Positions 9,767 through 19,722 of a stretch of 37,701 bases of DNA are shown here, one piece after another. Position 1 is the stretch's first letter, and every line of letters begins with the position of its first letter. The DNA is from Barthelona sp. PAP020 (lineage: Eukaryota), in NCBI GenBank assembly GCA_040182905.1, contig JARQWU010000074.1, positions 1-37,701 of the forward strand, in the 5' to 3' direction. A model generated the notes under the pieces. That model was not told the DNA's origin, searched no databases, and worked only from the letters and a program-made list of their open reading frames with translations. The position numbers were made by a program, and so were the translations under genes.

Positions 9767-9883
9767 TTTAATTTGATAAATGTTTTGTCATTCTTTTTCT
9801 TTTTAAAAAGTTGAATGGAGGCACAAAAAAATATGAAGGACAAATTTATAAAGGCAAAAAAAAAAAAAATATGTTCTTGGCGC

Positions 9884-10543
9884 TTATTGGGATAAAATAT
9901 CAAAGAAAAGGGCTTCCTTATTATCAGTGTCATCCATTAGCTTCAGAATTTCTCCAACCCGATCTGTAAATCCATAAATGCAAGATTCAGAACCTTCATG
10001 GATTTTCACAAATTCTTTCAATAAGGGATGATCAATCATGAATCCACCAGCACAATACATTATGTCTGAATTAATTTGAATGACTTTTTCGATGATATCA
10101 TCAGGTATGTAATCAAAAGACACACTTGCAAAGTCAGTAAATTGAACGCGTTTATGTGTATGAGTGTTATAAATTTCAATGGTACTGTAACATAAAGCTG
10201 GATTGTGAAAATATGACGTTAAAAAAGTATAACATTGTTCCAAAGAATTAGGTTTATTTCGCACTTCAACGATACCATTTGAATCTTTGTATCCAATAAC
10301 CTGATCACCACAAATAATATAATGTGGTGTGTCATATTCTTTATCATTTAACATCTTTATTAAAGCATCCATTTTCGCAGAAGTTACTATTTTAGACAAT
10401 TCCAAAGGATTATCAGAAATATATTGTCTCTCATCAATATTTGGGTCCAAATAATCAACTATATGAAGATTTTGATCAACCATCGTTTGTATTTTCCATT
10501 TTGAAGTTGTACCACAAATTACAGGGTATTGTTTCAATGACAT
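9884..10543 (-). CDS. Maf-family nucleoside triphosphate pyrophosphatase
   Basis: Motifs ICGTTSKWK, NIDE, AKMDA, IICGDQVI, NKP and CAGGFMI match the Maf fold. Likely ATG at 10543. Confidence 0.8.
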   Translation of the reverse strand: MSLKQYPVICGTTSKWKIQTMVDQNLHIVDYLDPNIDERQYISDNPLELSKIVTSAKMDALIKMLNDKEYDTPHYIICGDQVIGYKDSNGIVEVRNKPNSLEQCYTFLTSYFHNPALCYSTIEIYNTHTHKRVQFTDFASVSFDYIPDDIIEKVIQINSDIMYCAGGFMIDHPLLKEFVKIHEGSESCIYGFTDRVGEILKLMDDTDNKEALFFDILSQ

Positions 10544-10740
10544 GAAAAAAATTAAGAAAGAGTTGGAAAAAAAAAAGCACAAAACTGAAATTCCAATATC
10601 AAACAGTTCTTTTGTAAAAATAGTATATATTATATTGAATTTAATACTCCATTTATGATTTTAAGGGAGGAGAAATTATTTGTTTTTTTTTTACCTTCTT
10701 GTGCTTTTATTGTTTTTACATATTCCACATATATGTTAAT

Positions 10741-12492
10741 ATGAGTAACGATGAAAATGTTGAAGAATTTTTAAAGTATTTACAAGAGAAAGAAAATGAT
10801 GTTGAATCATCTGTTACATCTTCGATAAGTACAACATTTTCTACAATATCCCATGCTGATACATTAAGGTCTGATGTGATTGAACGTAGTTCTAGAATAA
10901 AAGAGAGTACCAAACGAAAATTTAATCATTTAAAAGAAGAAAAAAACCGGTTAAAGGATGAGATTCTTCATTTAAATAACAGTATTGAAACTTTAAAAGT
11001 TACTATAGCCAAATTACGTGAAGATAATTTGGAACAAAAGGATGAAATTTCTGAAAGTTTGAGAAAACAAAAAGTATTTTATGAATCGAAAATCAAAGCA
11101 AAATCACAGCAAATGGATAAGATTGTAGCTGAAAGGAATATGTTACGAGAAGAAAAGGAAAAATTTGAAGAAGAAAAACAGAAATTATTGGAAAAGTATG
11201 AAAAAAGAAAAGAAGCAATGATTGAATTACATCATAATGAGATTGAAAGTCTCAAAAAGTCCATATTAGTTGCTGAAAAAATGAAGCGCCAAGATTTTGT
11301 CCGGAAAAAAACCGAAGAGATTAAAGCAATGACAGTCAAAGGTTTAGAACCTCAAATTATGGCATTGGTTGAAAAGAATCGTGCCTCTTTAGAGTTACAA
11401 CGACAAGATTACAACAAAAAACTCTTAGAAATGAAACAACAGTTTGAGATTGAAAAAGAAGAATATTTGTTGAGTAATTTACGTACAGAACAAGAAAAGT
11501 TTGAAATGAATTTGAAAGAGAAGGAAGAACTGCATCGAAAGAATTTGGATTTTCATAATAACGAACATATGGATACTATGAGAAAATTGCGAGTAAAATA
11601 TCAAAATATGCTTGAAAAGGAGGTTTCTGAATTAAATAATAGTCATTCAAAGAAGGTTGTCGAATATCTCAATGAAATCAATGATTTAAAAGAACAACTA
11701 AATAGAGTTGAAGCAAATTCAAAGAGAAAACAAGATCAAATTCAAGATGATATGCAAACACATGTAAAACGTGCATTAGATGTTGAAAAAGAAAAGTTAG
11801 AAGAACGCATGAATCAATTCAAGAAAAATCTTCTTAAAGAAAAGGATCAAGAGATTGAAAAGCTCAAACACTCTTATAAAGAAAGAATGGAAGAAAAAAA
11901 GAATGAAGAGATTGAATATGTTATTGAACAATTAAATAATGACTATGAACAAGAACTAGAAAAGAAAGAAAGAGAAGTTATTTCTGAGATAGATAAAAAG
12001 ACTAAAAATTTCCGCAGTCAAGTTAAAGAGTTAAATGAGAGAAATGAAATGTTAGAAACTGAATTGAAAGCGCTTCAATTACAAAACAATCAAAAATCAC
12101 TGCTTAGTCAGGAAGAAATTGAAAAATTGCTTGAAGAGAAGAAGAATCTTCTCATTGATAATGAAACATTGATAAATAATCATAAACAAGAGATAAAGAA
12201 ATTGAACAATCAGTATAAAAAGAAGGTTGAAGTCATCATTCAAGAAAATGCTGATTTGAAGAACAAGCTGGAAGAATTAACTGCGGAATTTGAAGAGTAT
12301 AAAACAAATAATGATAAAAAATTCTTAGATTTACAAACTAAGGCTACTAATACCATTCAAAAACAAGAAGATTGTATTAAAGATTTGAGGAAAGATTATC
12401 TACAATTGCAAAATGTTAATCAAGAATTAAATGGTGTTATTCAAGATCTTCAAAGTCAATTCGCTAACTTAGATACAAGTATGGATTTTTGA
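10741..12492 (+). CDS. CEP131: Centrosomal/ciliary coiled-coil protein CEP131 (AZI1)-like
   Basis: Long coiled coil containing KTEEIKAMTVKGLEPQI, which matches the conserved CEP131 motif KT..IKE.TV.GLEPEI. Confidence 0.75.
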   Translation: MSNDENVEEFLKYLQEKENDVESSVTSSISTTFSTISHADTLRSDVIERSSRIKESTKRKFNHLKEEKNRLKDEILHLNNSIETLKVTIAKLREDNLEQKDEISESLRKQKVFYESKIKAKSQQMDKIVAERNMLREEKEKFEEEKQKLLEKYEKRKEAMIELHHNEIESLKKSILVAEKMKRQDFVRKKTEEIKAMTVKGLEPQIMALVEKNRASLELQRQDYNKKLLEMKQQFEIEKEEYLLSNLRTEQEKFEMNLKEKEELHRKNLDFHNNEHMDTMRKLRVKYQNMLEKEVSELNNSHSKKVVEYLNEINDLKEQLNRVEANSKRKQDQIQDDMQTHVKRALDVEKEKLEERMNQFKKNLLKEKDQEIEKLKHSYKERMEEKKNEEIEYVIEQLNNDYEQELEKKEREVISEIDKKTKNFRSQVKELNERNEMLETELKALQLQNNQKSLLSQEEIEKLLEEKKNLLIDNETLINNHKQEIKKLNNQYKKKVEVIIQENADLKNKLEELTAEFEEYKTNNDKKFLDLQTKATNTIQKQEDCIKDLRKDYLQLQNVNQELNGVIQDLQSQFANLDTSMDF

Positions 12493-12918
12493 TTGTAAAA
12501 TATTGTGTAAAAGATATTGATTTGGTTTTTTTTTTTGTTTTTCTTGTTTTTCTTGTTTTTTTTTCGTTCATTTTTCATTTTTTACTGATTTAAGTTTGAT
12601 AAATGTTGGAAGAATTGGGTTTTTCTCAAAAAATCTTCACAAAATTTTTTTATTTTGTTTATCCTCAAAATTGATTTCAACAACTATAATATTTTCTTTT
12701 ACAAATTCAAAAACTTGTTTTTTAATGTGCAAATGGGAAAACTCTAATTTGACAGTTCAATTGTATTTTCAATTTTTTCATAACAATCATTCTTTATTCA
12801 ATATTGCAAATAATATAATAAATATCATGTCAATACATTGATTGTCTCAAAAAATTTCCAGAAAAATCAAAGAAATTTGACTTTGTTTGAACTTCATTGG
12901 ATTACCAAATTTTCTTTT

Positions 12919-14565
12919 ATGCCTGAAGCCACAATTAATAGTCTTCTTATAGGAGAAACAGAGGAATATGGTGAAAAACCTTCATCATTGGATGTATGGA
13001 CTGTTATCTTCCAAGTTATTTGCTTGCTTGGTTTGGTTATGACATTCACTGTCATTATTTCAAGAACAAATCAAATTGTTGATTTTGAATCAGAAACCGT
13101 TATGGGTGAATTATCATTTCAATCTTTAGAAAGATATGTTATTCCTGACAAAGCTTTGCCTCCTCCTGGTGATCAAAGAAACAGAGGTACATGTTGGGCA
13201 TGGGCTTCTATGTATGTGTTGCAATCTGCTTATCGTAAACAAGGTATTGAAATGGGATATTTAGAAGCTGATGAATATGTTGATTTTTCAGTTCAAGCCC
13301 ATGGTATCAATATTATCAATTATTGTTCTGCCCATCCTGATGAGTGTCCTGATACACCTGAAAAAGATGGAAAGAGTTCAACTGATGGATATATTTCTTG
13401 GTTATATGTTTTCAATAATTATTTGAAAGATAAACTTGTTCCTGATATGAAGAGTTGTCCTTATACTCCTGATCCTGGTCAAGATACTGAATGTCCTGGT
13501 ATGAAGGAATATTTGGAAGTCAACCCTCTCAGATATGATTTCAAGATGTTTGATCCCATTTATACTGTTGAAGGTGTGAAACGCACATTATTAAAAAGAC
13601 AACATGCTTTGCCTCTTATCACTGAATTGATAATGAACCAACATTTCGTTCCTTGTTCTGAAGGTTATGAAAATACTGATCAATGTATTAACAAGCAATA
13701 CAAATGCCCCAAAGATCAAACCCAATATTGTGCTAGGTTGAGTATGATGCAAAATACAAATGGTCATTTCTATTACAAGAAAAACAATGGACTTAATTCT
13801 GGTGCCCATGCCATGTCTATTGTTGGTTTTGATGACAATATTTTAACTTTCAGTGGAGATGAAGTTATTCATAAAGGAGGTTTTATTGTAGCCAATTGGT
13901 GGTCTCCTGAACATTCTCATTCTGTTGAATTCCTCTCTCAAAAGATCAGTTATCGTAATGAACGTTATCAATGTCCTAACAGTCATAGTCCTTTTGAATG
14001 GATGCCTGTTGGAGGTAATGGTGATGATATTTACAAATTACGTGAACCAACAAAACTTTCATGTCATTTCCAAAAGAATGCACATTTCCATACTCTTGAT
14101 CAAGATGTTATTCGTCAAGCTATTCCTTGTGAAGAAGATAAGACTTATATCTTAGTTAATAAGACTGTTGTTCCTGATTCTGATGGTTTACATATTGCTT
14201 GTTTCCATGTTGTTGAAGATAACGTTGATATTTGTTATCCTCCAATGTTATTCGATCTTTTGAATTTTGTTTTCCAACCCAAACAAACCACTGATGTTGA
14301 AGGATTGGGAGATTCTTGTGGTTTCTATGTTTACCCCTATGATTATTTCAATGAAGTACATCAACGCTTCGGTATGGTATTTTCTGCTGATATTGAAGTT
14401 GAATTTGAGAAATCTTCTTATCTTTCTCAACAAAGTAAATATCCTGAATTTAAGAATGGATATGAAAAGGTCAAGGAGGCTCAACATGTTCAGAATAAAA
14501 TGAAATGGACTCAACCTACCCCTTGGCAACAAAATGTCAGTTATCATCCAAGATTCAACGCATGA
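12919..14565 (+). CDS. Papain-family (C1) cysteine peptidase with N-terminal transmembrane anchor
   Basis: Catalytic motifs DQRNRGTCWAW (Gln/Cys), GAHAMSIVGFDD (His) and IVANWW (Asn). Hydrophobic segment VWTVIFQVICLLGLVMTFTVIIS near the N-terminus. Confidence 0.85.
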   Translation: MPEATINSLLIGETEEYGEKPSSLDVWTVIFQVICLLGLVMTFTVIISRTNQIVDFESETVMGELSFQSLERYVIPDKALPPPGDQRNRGTCWAWASMYVLQSAYRKQGIEMGYLEADEYVDFSVQAHGINIINYCSAHPDECPDTPEKDGKSSTDGYISWLYVFNNYLKDKLVPDMKSCPYTPDPGQDTECPGMKEYLEVNPLRYDFKMFDPIYTVEGVKRTLLKRQHALPLITELIMNQHFVPCSEGYENTDQCINKQYKCPKDQTQYCARLSMMQNTNGHFYYKKNNGLNSGAHAMSIVGFDDNILTFSGDEVIHKGGFIVANWWSPEHSHSVEFLSQKISYRNERYQCPNSHSPFEWMPVGGNGDDIYKLREPTKLSCHFQKNAHFHTLDQDVIRQAIPCEEDKTYILVNKTVVPDSDGLHIACFHVVEDNVDICYPPMLFDLLNFVFQPKQTTDVEGLGDSCGFYVYPYDYFNEVHQRFGMVFSADIEVEFEKSSYLSQQSKYPEFKNGYEKVKEAQHVQNKMKWTQPTPWQQNVSYHPRFNA

Positions 14566-14677
14566 TTGTAATTGGGTCTAAATATTTTCAAATGTTTTCT
14601 TAAATATTTGATTCAAGACTTTCATCGACTTTTTACTTGTTTGTTTTGTAAAAATATTTGTTTTTTTTATTTTTCTT

Positions 14678-15072
14678 CTTGTACAAACCTTTTCCAGAAC
14701 TTACCTAAATCAGAGACTGACAATCTCCGTTGACCAATAAATAATAAACCTTCATCTTTATTCTTTTCGGGGAGTTTCAGTGTTCCTGAATGGAACCTCT
14801 CTTTTTTGAGATCTACTCTTTCATAGGCTTTCGTAGGAGAGCTATGCCCTATGCGGGATGTGAACCTGCATTACCAATTGCTCAAAAGAGCTTAAAGCTC
14901 CGATATTTTGAAAAATTTATCCTAATTGTGCAAGTTTTCATGCATTCACCATGGCAGGTCAAAACTTTGGGGATAGGTTAAGGAAAAGTTCCGTACCTCG
15001 AGGCAAAGAGGAAGTATCGGAAAATTTCGATTCGACACCAATAATGGGCTTGGGAACAACCCTCCTTTTTTT
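14678..15072 (+). repeat. Dispersed structured non-coding element, full-length copy A (candidate ncRNA or mobile element)
   Basis: Colinear homology with 20331-20583 (+) and 26161-26579 (-). Shared blocks include AACCTTCATCTT.ATTC, GGAACCTCTC, TTTCATA, CTATGCGG.ATGTG, AATTG.TCAAAAGAGC, ATCCTAA.TGT.CAAG, GAAAATTTCGAT and CTCC followed by a T-run. Confidence 0.85.
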
Positions 15073-15188
15073 CATTTTTTCATTTTTTCATTTTTTGAAA
15101 ACAATAAAAGGCTATTTTTATGGAAACTTCAAAAGGGTTTAGAGTAGTTCAACAATATATTTTTTTTGATATTGGATAATTCAGATAA

Positions 15189-16226
15189 TTAAATAATCTT
15201 CTTAAATATATTTCTGGAAGAAGGAGATTTTGTTTTGGAATCAGATTCGGCTGAAGTTGACTCAGATTTGGAATTTAAAGAAAATTTCCGTTGCGTGCTA
15301 CTACTTCCTGAAGTGGTTGATGTTGATCCACTACTGTTCAATGATGATGCTTCAGCATTCTTGTTACCATACAAAAATTTGCTGGCAAACAAATCTTCTT
15401 TAGTAATGAAATGTAAACTATCTGGATGCTCAGTATGTTTTGATTTGTGCTTTATGTACGCATCTTTAACTTTTTCAAATCTTTCTTGCTCTTTTGTCAT
15501 CATAGTGGCAATATTACTCAATATCTTATTTTGTGCACTCATAGAACCAACAAATAATTCAGTCAAATTTTCTTGAGCATTTTCATCCTTCATCTTATCC
15601 TCCAAAATCTTTAAATTAAGCTCAAATTCTTTCTTCTTTAAAATAAGATCATTTGACAATTCAAAAAAATATTTTGAAGGTTTGGGTGCTTTAGAACGCT
15701 CATTTTGTGTCTCTTTTAAAAATTTCTTTGAATTATTGGTTTCTTCTTTTACACAATGTATTTTATTTCCCAAATTAACGGCTATATGTTGATGTTGATC
15801 AATCAAACTATTTAATTGATTTAATGAATATTCAACTTCCTCAATTTTAGAAGGTAAAGCGTTCAAATTATCAAATTCAAATTTTTGTAAATTGACAATA
15901 TCAAATCGATTTTTATGGATAATTTTTTCCAAATTAATAACAATTTTTTGATGTTCTTCTTCTAAATCTTTAAAAGGAGTCTTGGGTGTATAATTAATAT
16001 TGGATTGAGTTTTACTTTCTTCTGTTTCTTTTTCTTTGTCATTTTTTGATAAAAGAGAAGTTTTTTTTAAACCTCCAATAGTGGTTTTCGTGGTTGAATC
16101 ACTTTTTTTTGCAAAAAGACCCGTTTTTTTAGGAGAGCTTTCGGAACTGGAAGAACTTGTATCTTTTTTGCTAAACATATTCTTTCCAGAGGAAGAACTA
16201 CTCGTTTTTTTGTCAAATAAACCCAT
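15189..16226 (-). CDS. Nucleoporin Nup58/Nup49-like
   Basis: Ser/Thr/Lys-rich termini flank a coiled coil. YTPKTPFKDLEEEHQKIVINLEKII and PSKYFFEL resemble conserved Nup58 segments (T.W.DL....QK....IE..I; PS.F). Confidence 0.6.
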   Translation of the reverse strand: MGLFDKKTSSSSSGKNMFSKKDTSSSSSESSPKKTGLFAKKSDSTTKTTIGGLKKTSLLSKNDKEKETEESKTQSNINYTPKTPFKDLEEEHQKIVINLEKIIHKNRFDIVNLQKFEFDNLNALPSKIEEVEYSLNQLNSLIDQHQHIAVNLGNKIHCVKEETNNSKKFLKETQNERSKAPKPSKYFFELSNDLILKKKEFELNLKILEDKMKDENAQENLTELFVGSMSAQNKILSNIATMMTKEQERFEKVKDAYIKHKSKHTEHPDSLHFITKEDLFASKFLYGNKNAEASSLNSSGSTSTTSGSSSTQRKFSLNSKSESTSAESDSKTKSPSSRNIFKKII

Positions 16227-16410
16227 AAAATTTGTAAAAAAAAAACTTTATTCCTTTTTCGTTTTTTGGTTGTTTATCAATTTTTAAATGCAAAAGAAGT
16301 TTATTTATGTTTTCAGCAATAAATAAGCCATGAAAGCAAAATTAAACAATGACACAAAAACAAAAAAAAAAAAACATGTACAAATTTACATTTCTTTGAC
16401 ACATACTTCA

Positions 16411-19400
16411 TCAAGACTCTTCCTCCATTTGATTGTTTAATTCATTTACATACTCACGAACTCCATTTAATTCTTCAGTAATATGGGTAATACGATTTTT
16501 GAAATGTTCCATATTTTTCAAATCATTAACTTGGATATAATATTTCAAGATGTCCTTATCTTGCTCTAAAATAGCTTCAATATTCTTTAAATAATCAACT
16601 GGACTTAAAGTGCCGTTTTCACCAGCACTATCAATAGCATTGGAAGCATCCAATAATTGATTGTAGGTGCTTTCCAATAAAGCTCTTTGTAAAACTGGAA
16701 GATCTGTTACTTTCATCTCTTCCATTAACCTATCCATCTCAATATCACAACTAGATGAACAAATAGATAAACGTGCCACATTATAAGCACTTTCAACAAT
16801 AAGTGGTTTAGGAACTTCGATTTGTTTCGCTTTCTCAACAGTAGTTTTTGATTCTGAAATTCCGGCAGCTTTTCTTTTTTGTTCCTCAATTCTTTGTAAT
16901 TGTCTTTCCTTAGCCCTTCTTTTCAACAAAACCAAAGGATCATTCTCTTCCCAAAACTTTCTAATGGATTGGGTTTGATCTTTCAGATATTTCATGGCCA
17001 AATCCTTGTTTCTTTTGATCACATCAAAATTATATTTGAAAGCTACCTTTGTGTTTTCATCATCACCACCAAAATATGCTTCTCCAACAACTTTCTCCAA
17101 AAGACTAATCTGGGCCTTGAGATTATAACTCTTTTTTTCCTTAATATAGTCATATCTCATGTTATTTAAACTAACAATGGTCTTAAAAATTTTCACATCT
17201 GCTTCATTTAAAATAGGAGGAGGATACATTCTCAAACTTGGAGAGCGAATCTCTAAAACTGGTAAAACAACAGTTTCATGATCAAATCTGCTGATAACAT
17301 CAAATTCCAACACGCCTACATGATTTGGGACTAATTGACCCAACTCGTTTTCAATATACAAATAGACTTTTTCTTTACAAGTCTTTTTGAGATTTAATAC
17401 AGTAGGTTGTGCTTTATTTCTACGGCTCAATTTTGTTTTTCGTTCTTGTGTCCATGTTTTTCCATAAAAATCATTGTAATCACTGAAAATAAATCGAGGA
17501 ATGATCATGTTCACACTCATATCCAAAGGTTGTTGAAAATTGGACATAGGAACATTAATTGGTGGACAATTGATTGAATCCCCTCTATCTCTGTTCAAAT
17601 AAATAACATCAGATTCAATTTCAGTACTTTCACCGGTTTCCACATCGACACATTTAAACCTCCATTTATATTTACTCGGTTCTTCAGTAACATGATCAAA
17701 TTTAATTGGGCGACTCTCGGTTAACCTCAATTGAACAGTTCCAAGTGGAATATCAGAATTAATAACTGGAAAAGAACGATCAACAAAAGTCAACGTTAAA
17801 TCATCAGGCAATTTCTTATTGGCTTTTGTGAATTGAACTAATTGAGTTAATGCTGCTTGTGTATATTCTTTATGTAAAGAAACATAGACTTTATCGGCAT
17901 TATCAGTATAAAGATTTAAAGCTTTTTTAATTCTGGCTTTAATCAATGGAATTGTCATTATTTCTGGGAATTCGGCGCAAAATTTTGTGAAATTAACAAC
18001 AGATGGAACAACTTCTGCAGTTAAGGGAAACATGTTATGAACTTCATTCTTAATTCTAGGTTCAAAAAAGTCCAAAAAATTATCATTCTCCATAAAAAAG
18101 GCATTCATAGAATCAACCAAAGAAAATTCATCCTCCACACCATCTCTTTCAAAATTTGGAAAATAAAACACTAAAACATCAGGATAATGGGTGTAGAAAT
18201 GGTTAATAATAGCCCTTTCTTCAATTGGAGATTGAGACTCGAAGAACGTTTTGAAAACATCTAAATTTTTCCTTAATTGCTTCATCTTCTTCTCAACAGC
18301 TTTTTTTACTTCAATAGAATTTGCTAAATTGATATCATCGAATGTGAATTGATAAAAAGTCTCAATATTCTTCATCACAATCCTATCTCGAATATATTCA
18401 ACCCAAATTTTGAAATAATCCATGTACGCCACAAAAAACTCAACGAATTCCATCTCATCTGTCATCTTAGAAAAGGTCCTATTGTATTTTTCATATGTAC
18501 GAAAGGGACTTGGTTGAACATTTCCTTCCGAATCTTTAAATCCTTTGTTTAGACATTGCAACTCACTTGTATATTGAGTAAAGAACTGTTCAAAATCTTT
18601 TGCTTGATCAAAAGTCACAAAATTCAAATCTTCTTCCATTTGTTCATCCTCTGGCAAATCAATTAATCCATCCATATCTTCATATTCCATACCTTTCTCT
18701 ATTTCAGCCAATAAAGCTTCCTCATCCAATTCTTCCTCTTGTAAAAACTCAATCTCATCCTCTTTATTGGCATCCGTTAACCTTTTATTGATTTCTTCAT
18801 ACTCTTGATTAAGCCCTTTAGAACACATCAACTCATACTTTTCTTTTAACACAACCGGATCTTCGGAAAAACTCAATAACTTTTCACAAATCTTCACCAG
18901 ACCTTCTTGTCCAATATTAGAACTCATTTCAGCGTTTTCCAGCAAAAAATTAATATTGTCTAAAATTTTTTGATGTTCAGCACGTTCAAGAGCTTCAATA
19001 GACATCCATTTAATTCCTTTTTGCTCTTCAATATCTCCAATAAATTGTAAAATTGCATTTTTACTCTTCTTATTATAACGATCAACCAAATCCATATCGC
19101 TTAACTCAGTTAAAGTATTTACAACAGGTATAATCTTCTCAGAAGGATTTCCACTGATGGTTGGTAATGTGTCGCACCCTTCAAGAATAAAAACCAACTG
19201 AGAACGAATATCTTTAGCTTGCACAGAAATTTCAGCCACAACTTCTTTTGGTAATTGCTCTTCTGGTTGACCTAAACTATTATGAGGATCCATAGCTGCA
19301 ACAGTACCAACATTGGGAAGACTTCTCATACTGCTCATTATTTTAGGTATGGCTGGACTTAATTTATTCACTAAAACCATCATATCATCCCTTTTCATCA

Positions 19401-19563
19401 AACTTTCAAATTTAACAATATTTTTTTGAATATCTGGATGAGGATTATGAGAATATAATGTTCTCAATTCATCTATCCAAGATTGTAAACTCCTTTGAGC
19501 TTCATTCAACTCATTATCGTTTTCTCTTGCTAACTGCTCGAGTTCAGAATCCAAATTATTCAT
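16411..19563 (-). CDS. Large protein (1050 aa), possibly CC2D1/Lgd-like (C2-like region plus C-terminal helical domain)
   Basis: A long uninterrupted ORF, so the coding call is secure; the family call is tentative. The beta-rich segment ending LEIRSP and the C-terminal G.LS..DYL..I....EQDK...R...I.EEL pattern recall CC2D1. Confidence 0.6.
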   Translation of the reverse strand: MNNLDSELEQLARENDNELNEAQRSLQSWIDELRTLYSHNPHPDIQKNIVKFESLMKRDDMMVLVNKLSPAIPKIMSSMRSLPNVGTVAAMDPHNSLGQPEEQLPKEVVAEISVQAKDIRSQLVFILEGCDTLPTISGNPSEKIIPVVNTLTELSDMDLVDRYNKKSKNAILQFIGDIEEQKGIKWMSIEALERAEHQKILDNINFLLENAEMSSNIGQEGLVKICEKLLSFSEDPVVLKEKYELMCSKGLNQEYEEINKRLTDANKEDEIEFLQEEELDEEALLAEIEKGMEYEDMDGLIDLPEDEQMEEDLNFVTFDQAKDFEQFFTQYTSELQCLNKGFKDSEGNVQPSPFRTYEKYNRTFSKMTDEMEFVEFFVAYMDYFKIWVEYIRDRIVMKNIETFYQFTFDDINLANSIEVKKAVEKKMKQLRKNLDVFKTFFESQSPIEERAIINHFYTHYPDVLVFYFPNFERDGVEDEFSLVDSMNAFFMENDNFLDFFEPRIKNEVHNMFPLTAEVVPSVVNFTKFCAEFPEIMTIPLIKARIKKALNLYTDNADKVYVSLHKEYTQAALTQLVQFTKANKKLPDDLTLTFVDRSFPVINSDIPLGTVQLRLTESRPIKFDHVTEEPSKYKWRFKCVDVETGESTEIESDVIYLNRDRGDSINCPPINVPMSNFQQPLDMSVNMIIPRFIFSDYNDFYGKTWTQERKTKLSRRNKAQPTVLNLKKTCKEKVYLYIENELGQLVPNHVGVLEFDVISRFDHETVVLPVLEIRSPSLRMYPPPILNEADVKIFKTIVSLNNMRYDYIKEKKSYNLKAQISLLEKVVGEAYFGGDDENTKVAFKYNFDVIKRNKDLAMKYLKDQTQSIRKFWEENDPLVLLKRRAKERQLQRIEEQKRKAAGISESKTTVEKAKQIEVPKPLIVESAYNVARLSICSSSCDIEMDRLMEEMKVTDLPVLQRALLESTYNQLLDASNAIDSAGENGTLSPVDYLKNIEAILEQDKDILKYYIQVNDLKNMEHFKNRITHITEELNGVREYVNELNNQMEEES

Positions 19564-19722
19564 TCAAGGAAATATTGATTTCTTTTTCAACGTTTTTTTT
19601 TAGTTCACAACTCCTTTTCCTTTCTTTATTCACAACAGATAAACACTGACTTGTTTTAAAATTAGTTGCAAAAAATCAATCCAACCAACAGAAAATTCTC
19701 ACACATTTTTTTTCTTTAGTTA

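Noticed and set aside
12740..12754. CTCTAATTTGACAG, an orphan branch point and acceptor-like motif
   Set aside because: No nearby GTAT donor and no coding frame follows; likely chance.
14699..14706. ACTTACCT, identical to the U1 snRNA 5' end, inside copy A
   Set aside because: Absent from copies B and C, and no recognisable U1-70K loop, U1A loop or properly placed Sm site follows.
14838..14876. GAGC...TATGCGGGATGTGAACCTGCAT resembling group II intron domain V, with a GTGYR-like 5' end
   Set aside because: The lower stem and bulge of domain V are missing, the motif is mid-element rather than 3', and no gene is interrupted.
14981..15052. GGAAAAGTTCC and AATGGGCTT resembling RNase P/MRP P4 strands
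   Set aside because: Only about 55 nt apart and both near the 3' end, and the pairing is not conserved in copy C.
14790..15142. Two 63-aa ORFs over copy A
   Set aside because: The frames are broken by stops and non-triplet indels in the homologous copies.
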